A DNA stretch of 64,000 nt, from contig CAWGMQ010000004.1 in the NCBI GenBank assembly GCA_963823665.1, forward strand, positions 320,001-384,000. The letters run 5' to 3'. The position numbers were made by a program, and so were the translations under genes. Below, in pieces: positions 10,491 to 21,090 of the stretch. The first letter of the stretch is position 1; each line of letters opens with the position of its first letter. Origin of the DNA: an uncultured Planctomycetota bacterium (lineage in GTDB: Bacteria > Planctomycetota > Planctomycetia > Isosphaerales > Isosphaeraceae). The notes under the pieces are model-generated. The model did not search any database. It was not told the DNA's origin and worked only from the letters and a program-made list of their open reading frames with translations.

Positions 10491-10923
10491 ATGACTGATC
10501 CTGGGTACGCGGCCTTCAAAGCGCTCGACCCTTTCTTCAACATAGTCCAGCAGAGTCTGGCCGGCCTGGTCGACGGCCACCATTACTTCGATACCATTGC
10601 CGACGACGCGGTGTTCGAGTTTCGATACATTTTCCCAGGATGGCCCCTGAGACTTGACAGTCGTAAGGCGCTGATGACGCTCTATGCGGGCTATGGCAAC
10701 AACATCGTCCTGCACGGCGCAGATGCGCTCATTACGCACCGATCGCAGGATCCCCGTGTCGTGATTATTGAATACGAGGTACACGGCAGAATAGTCCGGA
10801 CCGGTGCCTCCTACCACAACCGCTTCGTCTCGGTCGTTACCATCGAAGACCGCAAGATCGTGCACTGGCGAGACTATATGGACTCGCTGACCGCCATGAC
10901 TGCGCTTCAGCGCCTCAGGCTGA
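10491..10923 (+). CDS. SnoaL-like / NTF2 family protein (apparent +1 indel just before TGA at 10921)
   Basis: VIIEYEVHG...YHNRFVSVVTIEDRKIVHWRDYMDSL signature. Confidence 0.82.
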
Positions 10924-10990
10924 AGCCGCAGACCGCAATCAAAAGTCGATTGGGGGCGCCATTGCCCAATGTCAACGAGGTGCGAATCAC

Positions 10991-11674
10991 ATGGTCACAC
11001 CGACACAAGACTATTATCCAGATCACGATGGGGGAAAGTTTGCTCCCATCGAAGCGACTACGGTGGCGACGTGGAAGGCGCCCGCGTTCCTGGAGAACCT
11101 CGCGATCGACGCTGAGGGTGCGGTATTCGTCACCGTCTATTCTCACAAGCGCGTCGATCGCTACGATCCGGCGACAGGCGCGACGACCACGTTTGCGGAA
11201 GTCCAGGCACCGCCGATGGGACTCGCGTTTGATCCGAGCGGCGTGCTCTGGGTGACCGGCGGAACGCTGCGCGAGGGACCTGGATACGTCTGGCGAGTCG
11301 AGCCGAGTGGTGCCGTTCGCCAATGGTGTAAACTCTCTGCCGGCAGTATCGAAATCGCGGCAACGCGTCTCTTGGCCGACGACTTCGCGTTCGGGATGTC
11401 TGGTTCTCTTTATATCACGACTCATCCCGAACACACTCTGGTTCGCCTCGACCGCTCAGGCGCTCGCACCACATTGGCAGGCCCCGAGCAGGGAATGGTC
11501 GGGAGTACGGCCTGCGCCTTTGGAAGAGCGCCCGGCGACGAGAAGGCGCTCTATGTAACGACCGATGGCGGCTTTCTGATTCCCCACCAAAGTGGCATCC
11601 AGGACGCCAAGCTCGTACGGATCGAAGTCGGCGAATCAGGCTGGCCCCTGATGCAAGGAGCGTCTCGAGAATGA
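10991..11674 (+). CDS. SMP-30/gluconolactonase-like beta-propeller, probably internally deleted
   Basis: FLENLAID, GLAFD, ADDFAF, STACAFG, LYVTT blade motifs; short for a six-bladed propeller. Confidence 0.65.
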   Translation: MVTPTQDYYPDHDGGKFAPIEATTVATWKAPAFLENLAIDAEGAVFVTVYSHKRVDRYDPATGATTTFAEVQAPPMGLAFDPSGVLWVTGGTLREGPGYVWRVEPSGAVRQWCKLSAGSIEIAATRLLADDFAFGMSGSLYITTHPEHTLVRLDRSGARTTLAGPEQGMVGSTACAFGRAPGDEKALYVTTDGGFLIPHQSGIQDAKLVRIEVGESGWPLMQGASRE

Positions 11675-12606
11675 TCCGCATCGCGGTCCTGGACGATTAT
11701 CAAAACGTGGCGCTCGAGATGGCCGACTGGTCGCCACTCGCCGGGCGCGCGGAGATCACCGTTTTCAACGACCGTCTGTCCAATCTCGATGCTATCGTCG
11801 AGCGCCTCCTGCCGTTCGACGTCGTGTGCGTCATGCGCGAGCGCACGCCGCTGCCACGGTCAGTCATCGAGCGGTTGCCGCGCCTGAAGCTGATCGCATC
11901 CACCGGTCCTCGCAACGCGGCCATCGATGTGGAGGCGGCCGCCAACCGAGGTATCGTGGTAGCGCATACGGGATACGACGCACGCTCCACCATCGAGATG
12001 ACCTGGGCTCTCATCCTCGCGAGCGCGCGTCAGGTCGCCTTGGAAAATGCACACTTGCGCACCGGCGGCTGGCAGCTCACGGTGGGCGAGAGTCTCCATG
12101 GTAAGACGCTCGGCGTTCTCGGCCTCGGCAATATCGGTTCGGAGGTTGCGCGAATCGGGCTCGCCTTCGGCATGAATCTGATTGCCTGGAGTCAGAACCT
12201 CACGACGGAACGGGCGGAAGCATGCGGAGGGCGACTTGTCTCCAAGGAGGAACTCTTCCGCAGCGCGGATATTCTGACAATCCACCTCGTCCTCAGCTCC
12301 AGAACGAAAGGCTCAGTGGGAGCGGCCGAGTTACAGGCAATGAAGCCATCGGCCAGGCTCATCAATACCTCGCGTGGCCCAATCGTTGACGAGCCGGCGC
12401 TTATCGACGTTTTACGTGGCCGTCGCATTGCTGGCGCGGCGGTCGACGTGTTCGACATCGAGCCCTTGCCGGCGGATCACCCGTTCCGGTCGCTCGATAA
12501 CGTCCTGGCCACTCCGCACATCGGCTTCGTCGCGCGCGAACTCTATCGGACTTTCTACGGCGATACGGTCGAAAACATCACGCGATGGTTGGCCCGGCAG
12601 CTCTGA
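11671..12606 (+). CDS. D-2-hydroxyacid dehydrogenase family protein
   Basis: GLGNIG, INTSRGPIVDE, DVFDIEP, TPHIG. Confidence 0.95.
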   Translation: MIRIAVLDDYQNVALEMADWSPLAGRAEITVFNDRLSNLDAIVERLLPFDVVCVMRERTPLPRSVIERLPRLKLIASTGPRNAAIDVEAAANRGIVVAHTGYDARSTIEMTWALILASARQVALENAHLRTGGWQLTVGESLHGKTLGVLGLGNIGSEVARIGLAFGMNLIAWSQNLTTERAEACGGRLVSKEELFRSADILTIHLVLSSRTKGSVGAAELQAMKPSARLINTSRGPIVDEPALIDVLRGRRIAGAAVDVFDIEPLPADHPFRSLDNVLATPHIGFVARELYRTFYGDTVENITRWLARQL

Positions 12607-12657
12607 ACGATGCGTAACACTCCACCACCGCAGTCGCTACTAGACGAGGAGAACGTG

Positions 12658-13065
12658 ATGAGTCAGACGACACAAGAGCGAAACAAGGCACTCGTACTCG
12701 AGGCCTTCGACACATTGTTCAACAAGCGGGACTATGAGGCCGCCGGGCGGTATTGGTCGCCCGGATACATCCAGCACAGCGCGCACATCGCACCAGGCCG
12801 GGACGGCCTCTTCAATCTCGTCAAGAGCATGCTTCGGACGCTGCAATACGAGCCCGGGGTGATCCTTGCTGATGGCGACTTCGTCGTCGTCCATGGGCGT
12901 TTTTCGGGGTTCGGCGCACCCGTCAACTGGATCGCGGCAGACATCCTCCGGATCGAGGACGGGGTCCTCGTCGAGCATTGGGACGTCATCCAGGACGAGG
13001 CGACTGAAGAGCAATCCAAGAGCGGCAAGCCGATGTTCGGCGACTCGTTTCCCGTGTACCCATGA
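12658..13065 (+). CDS. SnoaL-like (ester cyclase family) protein
   Basis: NKALVL, YIQHS, DILRIEDGVLVEHWDVIQ. Confidence 0.88.
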   Translation: MSQTTQERNKALVLEAFDTLFNKRDYEAAGRYWSPGYIQHSAHIAPGRDGLFNLVKSMLRTLQYEPGVILADGDFVVVHGRFSGFGAPVNWIAADILRIEDGVLVEHWDVIQDEATEEQSKSGKPMFGDSFPVYP

Positions 13066-13101
13066 GGAAGAGACCCAACACTATTTTATGGAGATGCCAT
13101 C

Positions 13102-13872
13102 ATGGCTAGCCTTGCCAGTAAAACTGCGCTCGTCACGGGAGCCTCGCGCGGCATCGGTCGCGCCACGGCTGAAGCCCTTGCCAGGGCGGGGGCACACCTC
13201 ATCGTTCACTACGGCCGCGCAGCAGCCGAAGCGGACGCACTTGTCGCCGGAATTCGCGCGGCAGGTGGATCTGCCGATGCAGCTCAGGCGGATCTCTCGA
13301 TGCCGGATGGGGCCCTCTCGCTCGCAAAGCAGGTTCGCGCGATCGTCGGCCAGCGGCTGGACATCTTCGTGGCCAATGCCGGCGTCTCGAAGGCTGCCGC
13401 GATCGAGGACCACACGATCGAAGATTTCGACAAACTGTTCGCCACGAATGTCCGCAGTCCGTTCTTTCTCGTGAAGGAGCTGCTGCCGCTTTTCCGCGAG
13501 GGATCGAGCATTACCGTCGTCTCCTCCCTGGCTGCTCGGGCTGCACCTGGCAATCCTGGGCAAGCGGGCGCGCCGTCACTCCCTGCCTACGCAGCCACGA
13601 AAGGGGCGCTGGAAACGCTGGTCAAGCACTGGGGTGCGGTGCTCGGGCCGCGCGGTATCCGCGTCAATGCCGTCGCTCCGGGAGTGATCGAAACCGACAT
13701 GTCCAATTTCACGAAGACCGAGGCCGGCCGTGGCGCCACACTCGCCATGCAGGCGCTGAAGCGCATCGGGCAGCCGTCGGATGTGGCGGACGTGATTGCG
13801 TTCCTGGCCTCCGACGGCGCACGCTGGATCACCGGTGCGAGCATTCCGGTAGACGGAGGGTCAAAGCTCTAG
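13102..13872 (+). CDS. Short-chain dehydrogenase/reductase
   Basis: TGASRGIG, ANAG, YAATK, VDGG. Confidence 0.93.
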   Translation: MASLASKTALVTGASRGIGRATAEALARAGAHLIVHYGRAAAEADALVAGIRAAGGSADAAQADLSMPDGALSLAKQVRAIVGQRLDIFVANAGVSKAAAIEDHTIEDFDKLFATNVRSPFFLVKELLPLFREGSSITVVSSLAARAAPGNPGQAGAPSLPAYAATKGALETLVKHWGAVLGPRGIRVNAVAPGVIETDMSNFTKTEAGRGATLAMQALKRIGQPSDVADVIAFLASDGARWITGASIPVDGGSKL

Positions 13873-13950
13873 GGGCGTTGATGGATGATACTGGCCTCCA
13901 TAGGATGTACAAGTCCGACAGCGAAGTCCTATTAGACCTGGAGGTGAGTT

Positions 13951-14334
13951 ATGAACTCCGACACGCAAGGTCCCCCTTCGAAAGCGATGATCTGGACCGG
14001 CTGGGTCCTGACTGCTCTTCCATCGCTGATGCTCTTCGTGAGCGGTGGCATGAAGCTGGTCAAACCAGAGATGCTGGAACAGATGGGCTTTCCCGCGCGC
14101 CTTGGTCTCACCCTCGGGATCGTCGAGCTCGGCTCTACCGTGCTCTACTTGGTTCCACGCACGACGGTCCTGGGTGCCATCCTGCTCACGGGCTATCTCG
14201 GCGGCGCAGTCGCCACTCACGCCCGTGTCCTCGAAATCGGGTTCCTCGTGCCGCTGGTCCTGGGCATGGTCGTCTGGGGAGGGCTTTTCCTGCGCGATCC
14301 GCGGGTGCGGGCGCTCATTCCTGTTCGGCAATAG
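13951..14334 (+). CDS. DoxX family membrane protein
   Basis: PRTTVLGAILLTGYLGGAVATH ... LRDPRVRAL. Confidence 0.88.
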   Translation: MNSDTQGPPSKAMIWTGWVLTALPSLMLFVSGGMKLVKPEMLEQMGFPARLGLTLGIVELGSTVLYLVPRTTVLGAILLTGYLGGAVATHARVLEIGFLVPLVLGMVVWGGLFLRDPRVRALIPVRQ

Positions 14335-14372
14335 CGAAGACCGGTGTGAGGAAGATGCCGAACAGCTTCTAC

Positions 14373-14416
14373 TTGACTGCTCGCCAGGCCGTTGCTATGA
14401 TTGAGCACTCACTCAT
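14373..14416 (+). promoter_or_regulatory. Promoter TTGACT-17-TATGAT overlapped by operator ATGATTGAGCACTCACTCAT
   Basis: Near-consensus -35/-10 and an imperfect palindrome at 14397-14416 matching 15014-15037. Confidence 0.7.
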
Positions 14417-14428
14417 TTTTGGAGAAAA

Positions 14429-14998
14429 ATGGCACGCCCCCTGAGCGAAGACAAGCGGACCGCAATCCTCGAGGCGGCGACCGAGGTCGTGGCGATGCTC
14501 GGTGTGAGCGCGCCGACCGCGAAGATTGCCAAGGGTGCAGGCGTGGCGGAAGGCACGCTCTTTACTTACTTCGCCAGCAAGGATGAACTGCTGAACCGGC
14601 TGTATCTGGAGCTCAAGATGGATCTGCGCGACGCCATGATGGCCGGCTACCCTGCCGGCAAGAGCTTGATTGAGCGGATGCGCCACGTCTGGGTTCGCTA
14701 TGTCGGTTGGGGTTCGGCGAATCCGTCGAAGCGGAAAGCCGTGAGGCAACTGGCGGTCTCCGACCGCATCACCGAAGAGAGCAAGAAGCTCACCGGAGGT
14801 GCATTTGCTGAGTGCTACACCCTGATGCGTGAATGCGCGCTCAGTGGAGCCCTGAGCCACCAGCCCCCTTCATTCGTGGCGGCGATCATGAGTGCGATCG
14901 CCGATACGACAATGGACTTCATCGACCGTGAGCCTGCACAGGCAAGGCGCTACACTAAAGCAGGGTTTGATGCGTTCTGGAACGCGGTCGCCGGGTGA
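14429..14998 (+). CDS. TetR/AcrR family regulator
   Basis: TAKIAKGAGVAEGTLFTYFASKDEL helix-turn-helix. Confidence 0.95.
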   Translation: MARPLSEDKRTAILEAATEVVAMLGVSAPTAKIAKGAGVAEGTLFTYFASKDELLNRLYLELKMDLRDAMMAGYPAGKSLIERMRHVWVRYVGWGSANPSKRKAVRQLAVSDRITEESKKLTGGAFAECYTLMRECALSGALSHQPPSFVAAIMSAIADTTMDFIDREPAQARRYTKAGFDAFWNAVAG

Positions 14999-15013
14999 TT
15001 TTTTTTGCTTGCT

Positions 15014-15037
15014 GAATGAGCGAGTGCTCGCTCATTC
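15014..15037. promoter_or_regulatory. Perfect 11-bp inverted repeat GAATGAGCGAG-TG-CTCGCTCATTC, probable TetR operator
   Basis: Same consensus as 14397-14416; upstream of the SDR/AKR genes. Confidence 0.7.
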
Positions 15038-15119
15038 GTAAAATCTCGGCGACTTTTCGCTTCATTCGTGACCGACTGGACACTCCCACAAAAACTGGCA
15101 ACGAAGGAGAGGACTTACG

Positions 15120-16028
15120 ATGAGCAGAATAACATCAACGACTGACGGTAGGGTGAACGAAGGTTCCGTGACCAAAGTGTGGTTAGTGACCGGCAGCGCC
15201 AGCGGGTTGGGCCGCAACATCGCCGAGGCCGTGCTCGCATCGGGCGATCGCCTCGTGGCAACGGCGCGCGATCCTCGCCGCCTTGAAGATCTCGTGCAGA
15301 AGTACGGCGATCAGATTCGCACCGCCCCGCTCGACGTAGCGGATGAGGATGCGGCCTTTAAAGCGGTGCAGGCGGCGGTCGACGCGTTCGGGCGTCTCGA
15401 TGTCGTCGTGAATAACGCGGGCTACGGCGACTTTGCACCGTTTGAGCAATTGAGCTCGGAGAGATTCAAGGCGCTGATCGACACCAACTTCTACGGCGTC
15501 GTCAACGTGACCCGTGCCGCGCTGCCGATCATGCGGAAGCAGAAGAGCGGCTGCATCCTTCAGATTTCTTCCGTGGGCGGGCGATTGGCCCGTGCAGGCA
15601 ACGCTGGATACCATGCCGCCAAGTGGGCCGTCGGGGGCTTCACCGAGGCCCTGGCCCAGGAAGTGGCCCCGTTTGGCGTCAAGGTGTGTGCGCTCGAACC
15701 GGGCGGAATGCGGACGAACTGGGGTGCTCGTGCGAGCAAAGAAACACCTCGCCTGATCCCAGATTATGAACCGTCCGTGGGCGCGGTAGTCGGGATGCTC
15801 GAGTCTTACTGGGGCCACGAGACCGGCGATCCGGGCAAGGTGGCTCAGGTCGTTCTTCGTCTGGCTGCCAGCGATCGTCTGCCTGCACATCTCCTGCTGG
15901 GCAGTGACGCCGTAGAGTTCGCTGGCAAGGCCGAGGCGGCCCGCGCAGCCGATTCCCAGCGCTGGCGAGAGGTCAGTGTTTCAACCGATGTCAACGAACC
16001 GGGATCCTTGCCTGCTTTCCGATTCTGA
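15120..16028 (+). CDS. Short-chain dehydrogenase/reductase
   Basis: WLVTGSASGLG, NNAGYG, YHAAK, EPGGMRT. Confidence 0.93.
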   Translation: MSRITSTTDGRVNEGSVTKVWLVTGSASGLGRNIAEAVLASGDRLVATARDPRRLEDLVQKYGDQIRTAPLDVADEDAAFKAVQAAVDAFGRLDVVVNNAGYGDFAPFEQLSSERFKALIDTNFYGVVNVTRAALPIMRKQKSGCILQISSVGGRLARAGNAGYHAAKWAVGGFTEALAQEVAPFGVKVCALEPGGMRTNWGARASKETPRLIPDYEPSVGAVVGMLESYWGHETGDPGKVAQVVLRLAASDRLPAHLLLGSDAVEFAGKAEAARAADSQRWREVSVSTDVNEPGSLPAFRF

Positions 16029-16110
16029 GATCAGTCCATTCTCGGTGACCGGGGTCTATGTACATAGACTCCGGCCACGGCACTTCACCCCTGACTCAAG
16101 GAGAAATCAC

Positions 16111-17145
16111 ATGCGCTACAAACTGCTGGGCAAAAGCGGCCTTCGAGTCTCCGAACTGTGCCTGGGGACGATGACCTTCGGCGAGGATTGGGGCTGGGGT
16201 TCTACAAAAGATGAGAGCCGTAAGATCTACGACGCTTTCCTGGAGGCCGGCGGCAACTTCATCGACACCGCAAACGTCTACACGAATGGTACAAGCGAAC
16301 GTTTTCTGGGCGAGTTCATGCACGGCCAACGGGAGCGCATCGTCCTGGCGACGAAGTACACCAACGCCGCCCCGGGGACCGATCCCAACGCCGCCGGCAA
16401 CCATCGGAAAAGTATGGTGCAGGCGCTCGAAGCCAGCTTGAAACGGCTGAAGACGGACTACATCGACCTTTACTGGCTCCACATCTGGGACCAGGTCACG
16501 CCCATCGAAGAAGTCATGCGGGCCTTCGACGACCTTGTGCGGCAGGGAAAAATCCTCTACGCCGGCGTGTCCGACATGCCGGCCTGGGTTGTCGCGAAGG
16601 CCAACACCCTGGCCGAGCTGCGGGGGTGGACTCCGTTCGTCGGGCTGCAGATCGAGTATAGCCTGATCGAGCGGACCCCGGAGAGGGAACTGCTGCCGAT
16701 GGCGGCCGACCTGGGTCTGGGCGTCACGGCCTGGTCGCCCCTGGCGGGCGGAATGCTGACCGGCAAGCAACTGCAGCCGGGCGGAGCCAAGGACTCCCGG
16801 CAGGACAACCCGATGCTAAAGGAATTCATGAAGTCAGACGCTCGCAAAGAAGCCGTGGTCCAGGAAGTCATGGCGGTGGCACGTGAGGTCGGCCACACGC
16901 CGGCGCAGGTGGCTCTGGCCTGGCTTCGGCAACGCGCTACGCCTGTGATACCGATCATCGGCGCACGCAAACTGGCCCAGGTCAAAGACAATCTCGCCTG
17001 CGTTGACATCCGACTGGAACCCGCGTTACTAGTGCGACTCGATGCGGTCGGTCGCATCGCGATGGGGTTCCCACACGACATGTTCGCCACCGAAATGGCC
17101 CGCAGCCTCTCATTTGGCGGCATGCGGGACCGAATCGACGCCTGA
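16111..17145 (+). CDS. Aldo/keto reductase
   Basis: LGKSGLRVSELCLGTMTFG, IDTANVY, DYIDLY, WSPLAGG; ATG at 16111 with AAGGAG RBS. Confidence 0.95.
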   Translation: MRYKLLGKSGLRVSELCLGTMTFGEDWGWGSTKDESRKIYDAFLEAGGNFIDTANVYTNGTSERFLGEFMHGQRERIVLATKYTNAAPGTDPNAAGNHRKSMVQALEASLKRLKTDYIDLYWLHIWDQVTPIEEVMRAFDDLVRQGKILYAGVSDMPAWVVAKANTLAELRGWTPFVGLQIEYSLIERTPERELLPMAADLGLGVTAWSPLAGGMLTGKQLQPGGAKDSRQDNPMLKEFMKSDARKEAVVQEVMAVAREVGHTPAQVALAWLRQRATPVIPIIGARKLAQVKDNLACVDIRLEPALLVRLDAVGRIAMGFPHDMFATEMARSLSFGGMRDRIDA

Positions 17146-17182
17146 CCCAGGAAAGCGATTACTCACAAGAAAGGAAATCGTC

Positions 17183-17636
17183 ATGGAATACAGAGCGCTC
17201 GGCAATACAGGTCTCCTGGTTTCGAAACTCTGCTTCGGAACCATGACATTCGGCGATGGCAGAGGGCTATTCAAGATGATCGGCGCCGTTGGCCAGGCCG
17301 GGGCCGATGAACTGGTCAAGACGTCCATGGAAGATCCTCGACGTGATGGCCCCGATCGCGAAAGCACATGAATGTAGCCCGGCGCGTCTCTCGCTCGCAT
17401 GGCTCCTGGCAAAGCCTGTAGTAACCTCGGTCATCATTGGCGCGAAACGCCTCGACCAGCTTGACGACAATCTCGCGGCGGTAGAGCTCAAACTCACCCC
17501 GGATGAGCTGAGGCAGTTGGATGACGCGAGCGCCCTTCCCCCCGAATATCCCGGGTGGATGCTGCCGTTCCAGGGAGCCGACCGTCTGGAGAACGTTGAT
17601 CGGCTGGAGATCTTCCGCCAGTCGAAAAAGCAGTGA
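17183..17636 (+). pseudogene. Aldo/keto reductase pseudogene with large internal deletion
   Basis: N-terminus MEYRALGNTGLLVSKLCFGTMTFG joins out of frame at ~17327 to the C-terminus ARLSLAWLL...IIGAKRLDQL; the catalytic core is missing. Confidence 0.85.
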
Positions 17637-17675
17637 GTGTGAAATCTTGGCGGGACCGCGCACCGGCAGCCGCAG

Positions 17676-20600
17676 CTACTTGATGATCGCCGTGTAATCG
17701 ATGTCGACCGACGCTCCATCTAGAGCTTCGATCACCCCATCAATCGTCAGTTCGGCCGCACCCTTGTGCGGTTTCGCCAGATTGATCGTCACCGAATCTG
17801 CGGCCGTGTTGTAAACAACGCTCTTGATCTTCACCGCCTGGGTATAGACAGTCTTGTGCTTCTTCTTGACGGCCGCGAACACGTGATAAAACCCGCGAGT
17901 GCTGGCCGAGGCGGAGTTGAGTGATTCGTTGAAGTCCACGCTGATCGACTTGACCCCCTGCTTGCTCTGAACCAGCCCAGGTGAACCCATCACCTTCGGC
18001 GGCGCCGGAGGTGGTGGTGGAGGAGGCGGGGGAGGAGGTGGTGTCGAACCGGTTACCAAGAGGTTATCAGCACCTGAACTCACGCCGCCGCTCTCGGCCG
18101 CGATCGCATAACCGCTGCCGGCGTTGTTGACGGTCAGACCGGAGAAAACAGCAACTCCGTTATGGGCATCCACGGTGACGGTGCCGCCCAGTGTCGAGAG
18201 GCCCGGGTTTGTTGAGAGCACGGCGGTCACTGGCCCGTCAAAGGTCGTGTCGACCTGACCCTGGCTATTTTCAACCGAAATGGTCAGGCCAAAACCCGCT
18301 CCGGCGACGACCGAGCGGGGCGGCGGCGCAGTGACAGCAAGAGCGAGTGCCTGGGTTGAAACGCTGCCGCCGCTCGAGTCGATCGGCTGGCCGTTCGTGG
18401 TACCGGCCGTCCCGGCAACGCCGTTGGCGGCGTTGCTTCCCCTGTTCCCGGCAGAGCTCTTGCTCTGACTGATACCGGGAAGTCCGTCATCGGCGCCGGC
18501 GCCGACTCCTCCCAGACCTCCTGCGCCGCCGCTGGCTCCGGATCCGCCGGCGCCTCCGGCTCTGCCGGTGCCACCTTGCCCCCCGGCTCCGACCGTTTGT
18601 GTGTTGGCCGATTGATCGACACCTGCGAGGTTCAAGGTCCCCGCGGTGATATAGATGGCTCCGCCCAGGGCATTGCCACCCGTGCCGCCGGCTCCGCCGG
18701 CCCCGCCGTTACCGGCGTTACCGCCTTTGCCGTTGGGTCCCCCGCCGCCGCCGTTACTACCGGGGCCCGACGGGCTGGCGCCGTCGCCGCCTTTTCCGCC
18801 GGACCCGCCAGCAAATCCGTCGCCTCCATCGCCTGGGAACAGGCCGTACGCACCGTTGCCGCCGGCGCCGCCGGACACCGCGTTGGAGCTCACGGTGGCC
18901 AGCGTCAAGCTCACGCTACCGCCGGCAACCGCGATGGCGCCGCCTGCGCCTAGTCCGCCCGTGCCGCCCATGCCGCCGGCGGCTCCGGCAGCACCCGCGC
19001 CGCCGCTTCCGCCTGCACCCCCCCCGCCGCCATGACCGCCTCCCCCGCCTGGGCCAGGGCCCATGCTGGAAGGGCTACCACCGTCGCCGCCTGCCCCGCC
19101 GTCGCCACCAGGGGCACCATATCCGCCCACGTTGCGTTCCTCGGCTGAATATGGGCGGCCGCCACCCACACCGGCCCTGCCGCCGCTCGCCGCATTTTGC
19201 TCGATCGTCGACGATGTGACAACGAGGGAACCTCCGGCCACGTAGATCGCGCCGCCAAGGCCTGCGCCACCGGTGCCGCCAGTCACGTTGTTGCCGGAAG
19301 CGCCGGCACTTCCGCCGTGGCCACCAGCACCGGCCCCGCCGCCGCGGCCGCCGGCCGCGCTGAAGTCACCCTTGCCGCCGTCGCCGCCATTACCGCCAGA
19401 GGCACCGTGGCCTCCATCGCCGCCGGCCCCCGCACCGTCACCACTCAAATTGCCGAGGTATCCACCTCCCTGGCCGCCGATCACGAAGTTATCGCTTACC
19501 TGCACGCCGGCCAGACCGGCGTTGCCCGACGCCAGAAAAAGACCACCCCCAGCGCCCTCTCCGCCGTCGCCGAACGCACCGGCGTTTCCACCGCGTGCCC
19601 CGATGCCGCCGTTGCCTCCTGCTCCGCCACCACCGCCCTCGCCGCCGTCATCGGCGCCGTTGCCGCCATCACCACCATCGCCGCCGTTGCCGCCATTACC
19701 GCCGTTGCCTCCGTAGCCACCAGCGCCTCCCGCGGCGGCGTCCGCGGCGTCGCTGAATAGCTCTCCGCCGCTCATCGTCATCGTGCCGGTTGCGACGTAA
19801 AGACCACCGCCTTTGGCGGCGCCGCCGTTAGCGCCGGAACCCGCAGCGCCGCCAATTCCGCCATTGCCCGCGTTCGCACCGGCGCCACCGTCGCCGCCGT
19901 CAGCGCCGGATCTCCCTCCGCTGGCGGCACCGTGCCCCTCGGCGCCGTTCCCGCCGTTGCCGCCGCTTCCGCCATTGCCCCCGTGGCCACCGGCAGCCCC
20001 TGTCGCTCCGTCTCCGCTGATCTTTGCATTGACCAAATGCAACGTACCGCCCGCCTGGTAAATCCCCCCACCGGCACCTGTCCCTCCGGCGCCCGCCGCG
20101 CCACCCGCGCCCGCGGCGCCTCCGTTTCCACCTGCTGGGCCGTTCGTCCCATTACCCCCAGCGCCGCCATCGCCCCCCTTGCCACCATGGACGTAGTTCG
20201 CGCTAATCTGCGAGTCGATCACGCTCAACTGACCGCCCGCCAGGTAAATGCCCCCGCCTCGCGCGTTTCCGCCTGCGGTACCGGGCGCACCCGCCAGCCC
20301 GATGCCCCCCGTCGCCCCATTCGCACCGCTTGCCCCGGAAGCGTGATTGCCCGTAATCGACGCGTTACTGATCGTCACCTGCCCGCCGTCGATGAGAATT
20401 CCACCGCCGAGCGCGACCGCGCCACCCAGCCCGCCGCCGTTGTGTGCTCGGCCGCCGGTGATCTCCAGGTCCTTGAATACCACGGTGACGCCCGCGCCGC
20501 CGGCACCTGCAATTTCAAAAATCCGGGTGTTCCACGACGATGAGCCCGCGATCACTGCCGCTGACGGAGAGGCCCCCTGGCCCTCGATCGTCAATGTCTT

Positions 20601-20851
20601 GGCCGTGCCTGTGCCGTTCTGGATCTCGAGCTCCCCTGCACTCAAGTCAGTCAGCGTGATCGAGGCCGTCACATCGATTGTGTTTGAACCGGAGCCGTTG
20701 CTGTCCGCGGTCGTGATGGCCGCGCGGAAGCGCTCTCCGTGGCGACGTTGAACGTGCTCAGGACGATCCGGGATTCCAGACCTTCCAGATTTAGCCGGCG
20801 ATATTTCTCACGTCGAAGCGCTGCGCAAGCGGATCGTCTTCTGAACAACAT
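17676..20851 (-). CDS. Large glycine-rich (PGRS-like) surface protein with planctomycete export signal; frameshift ~20730
   Basis: N-terminal RRLNLEGLESRIVLS; GGxGGx tracts alternating with 8 GG(G/A)(I/L)x motifs; Ig-like domain, polyproline linker and basic C-terminal domain. Confidence 0.85.
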
Positions 20852-21090
20852 CGGGGCTCCTCGCACTCGTGGCATAGATCGCAGAAATCATTGCGTTTTG
20901 ATGACGCAGCAAGCACGGCGACATTACATGGATGATAGCATCCTATCACAGGCTGCATTCGGAAACAATCAGGAGGAGCGCGCATCTCTGGGGTCTTTCG
21001 GACAAACGCACCTCCGGCTTGAGAAGCGCTACGGATTGCCGAGGCTACGAGTGGTCCATAGTCTCTTCAGCCACGCAGCGGAATTATGAC

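Noticed and set aside
10924..11255. Long C-terminal extension of the SnoaL protein overlapping the next gene
   Set aside because: Removing one base near 10906 gives a normal stop at 10921-10923.
18280..20751. Pro-rich ORFs on the + strand
   Set aside because: Antisense shadows of the Gly-rich gene.
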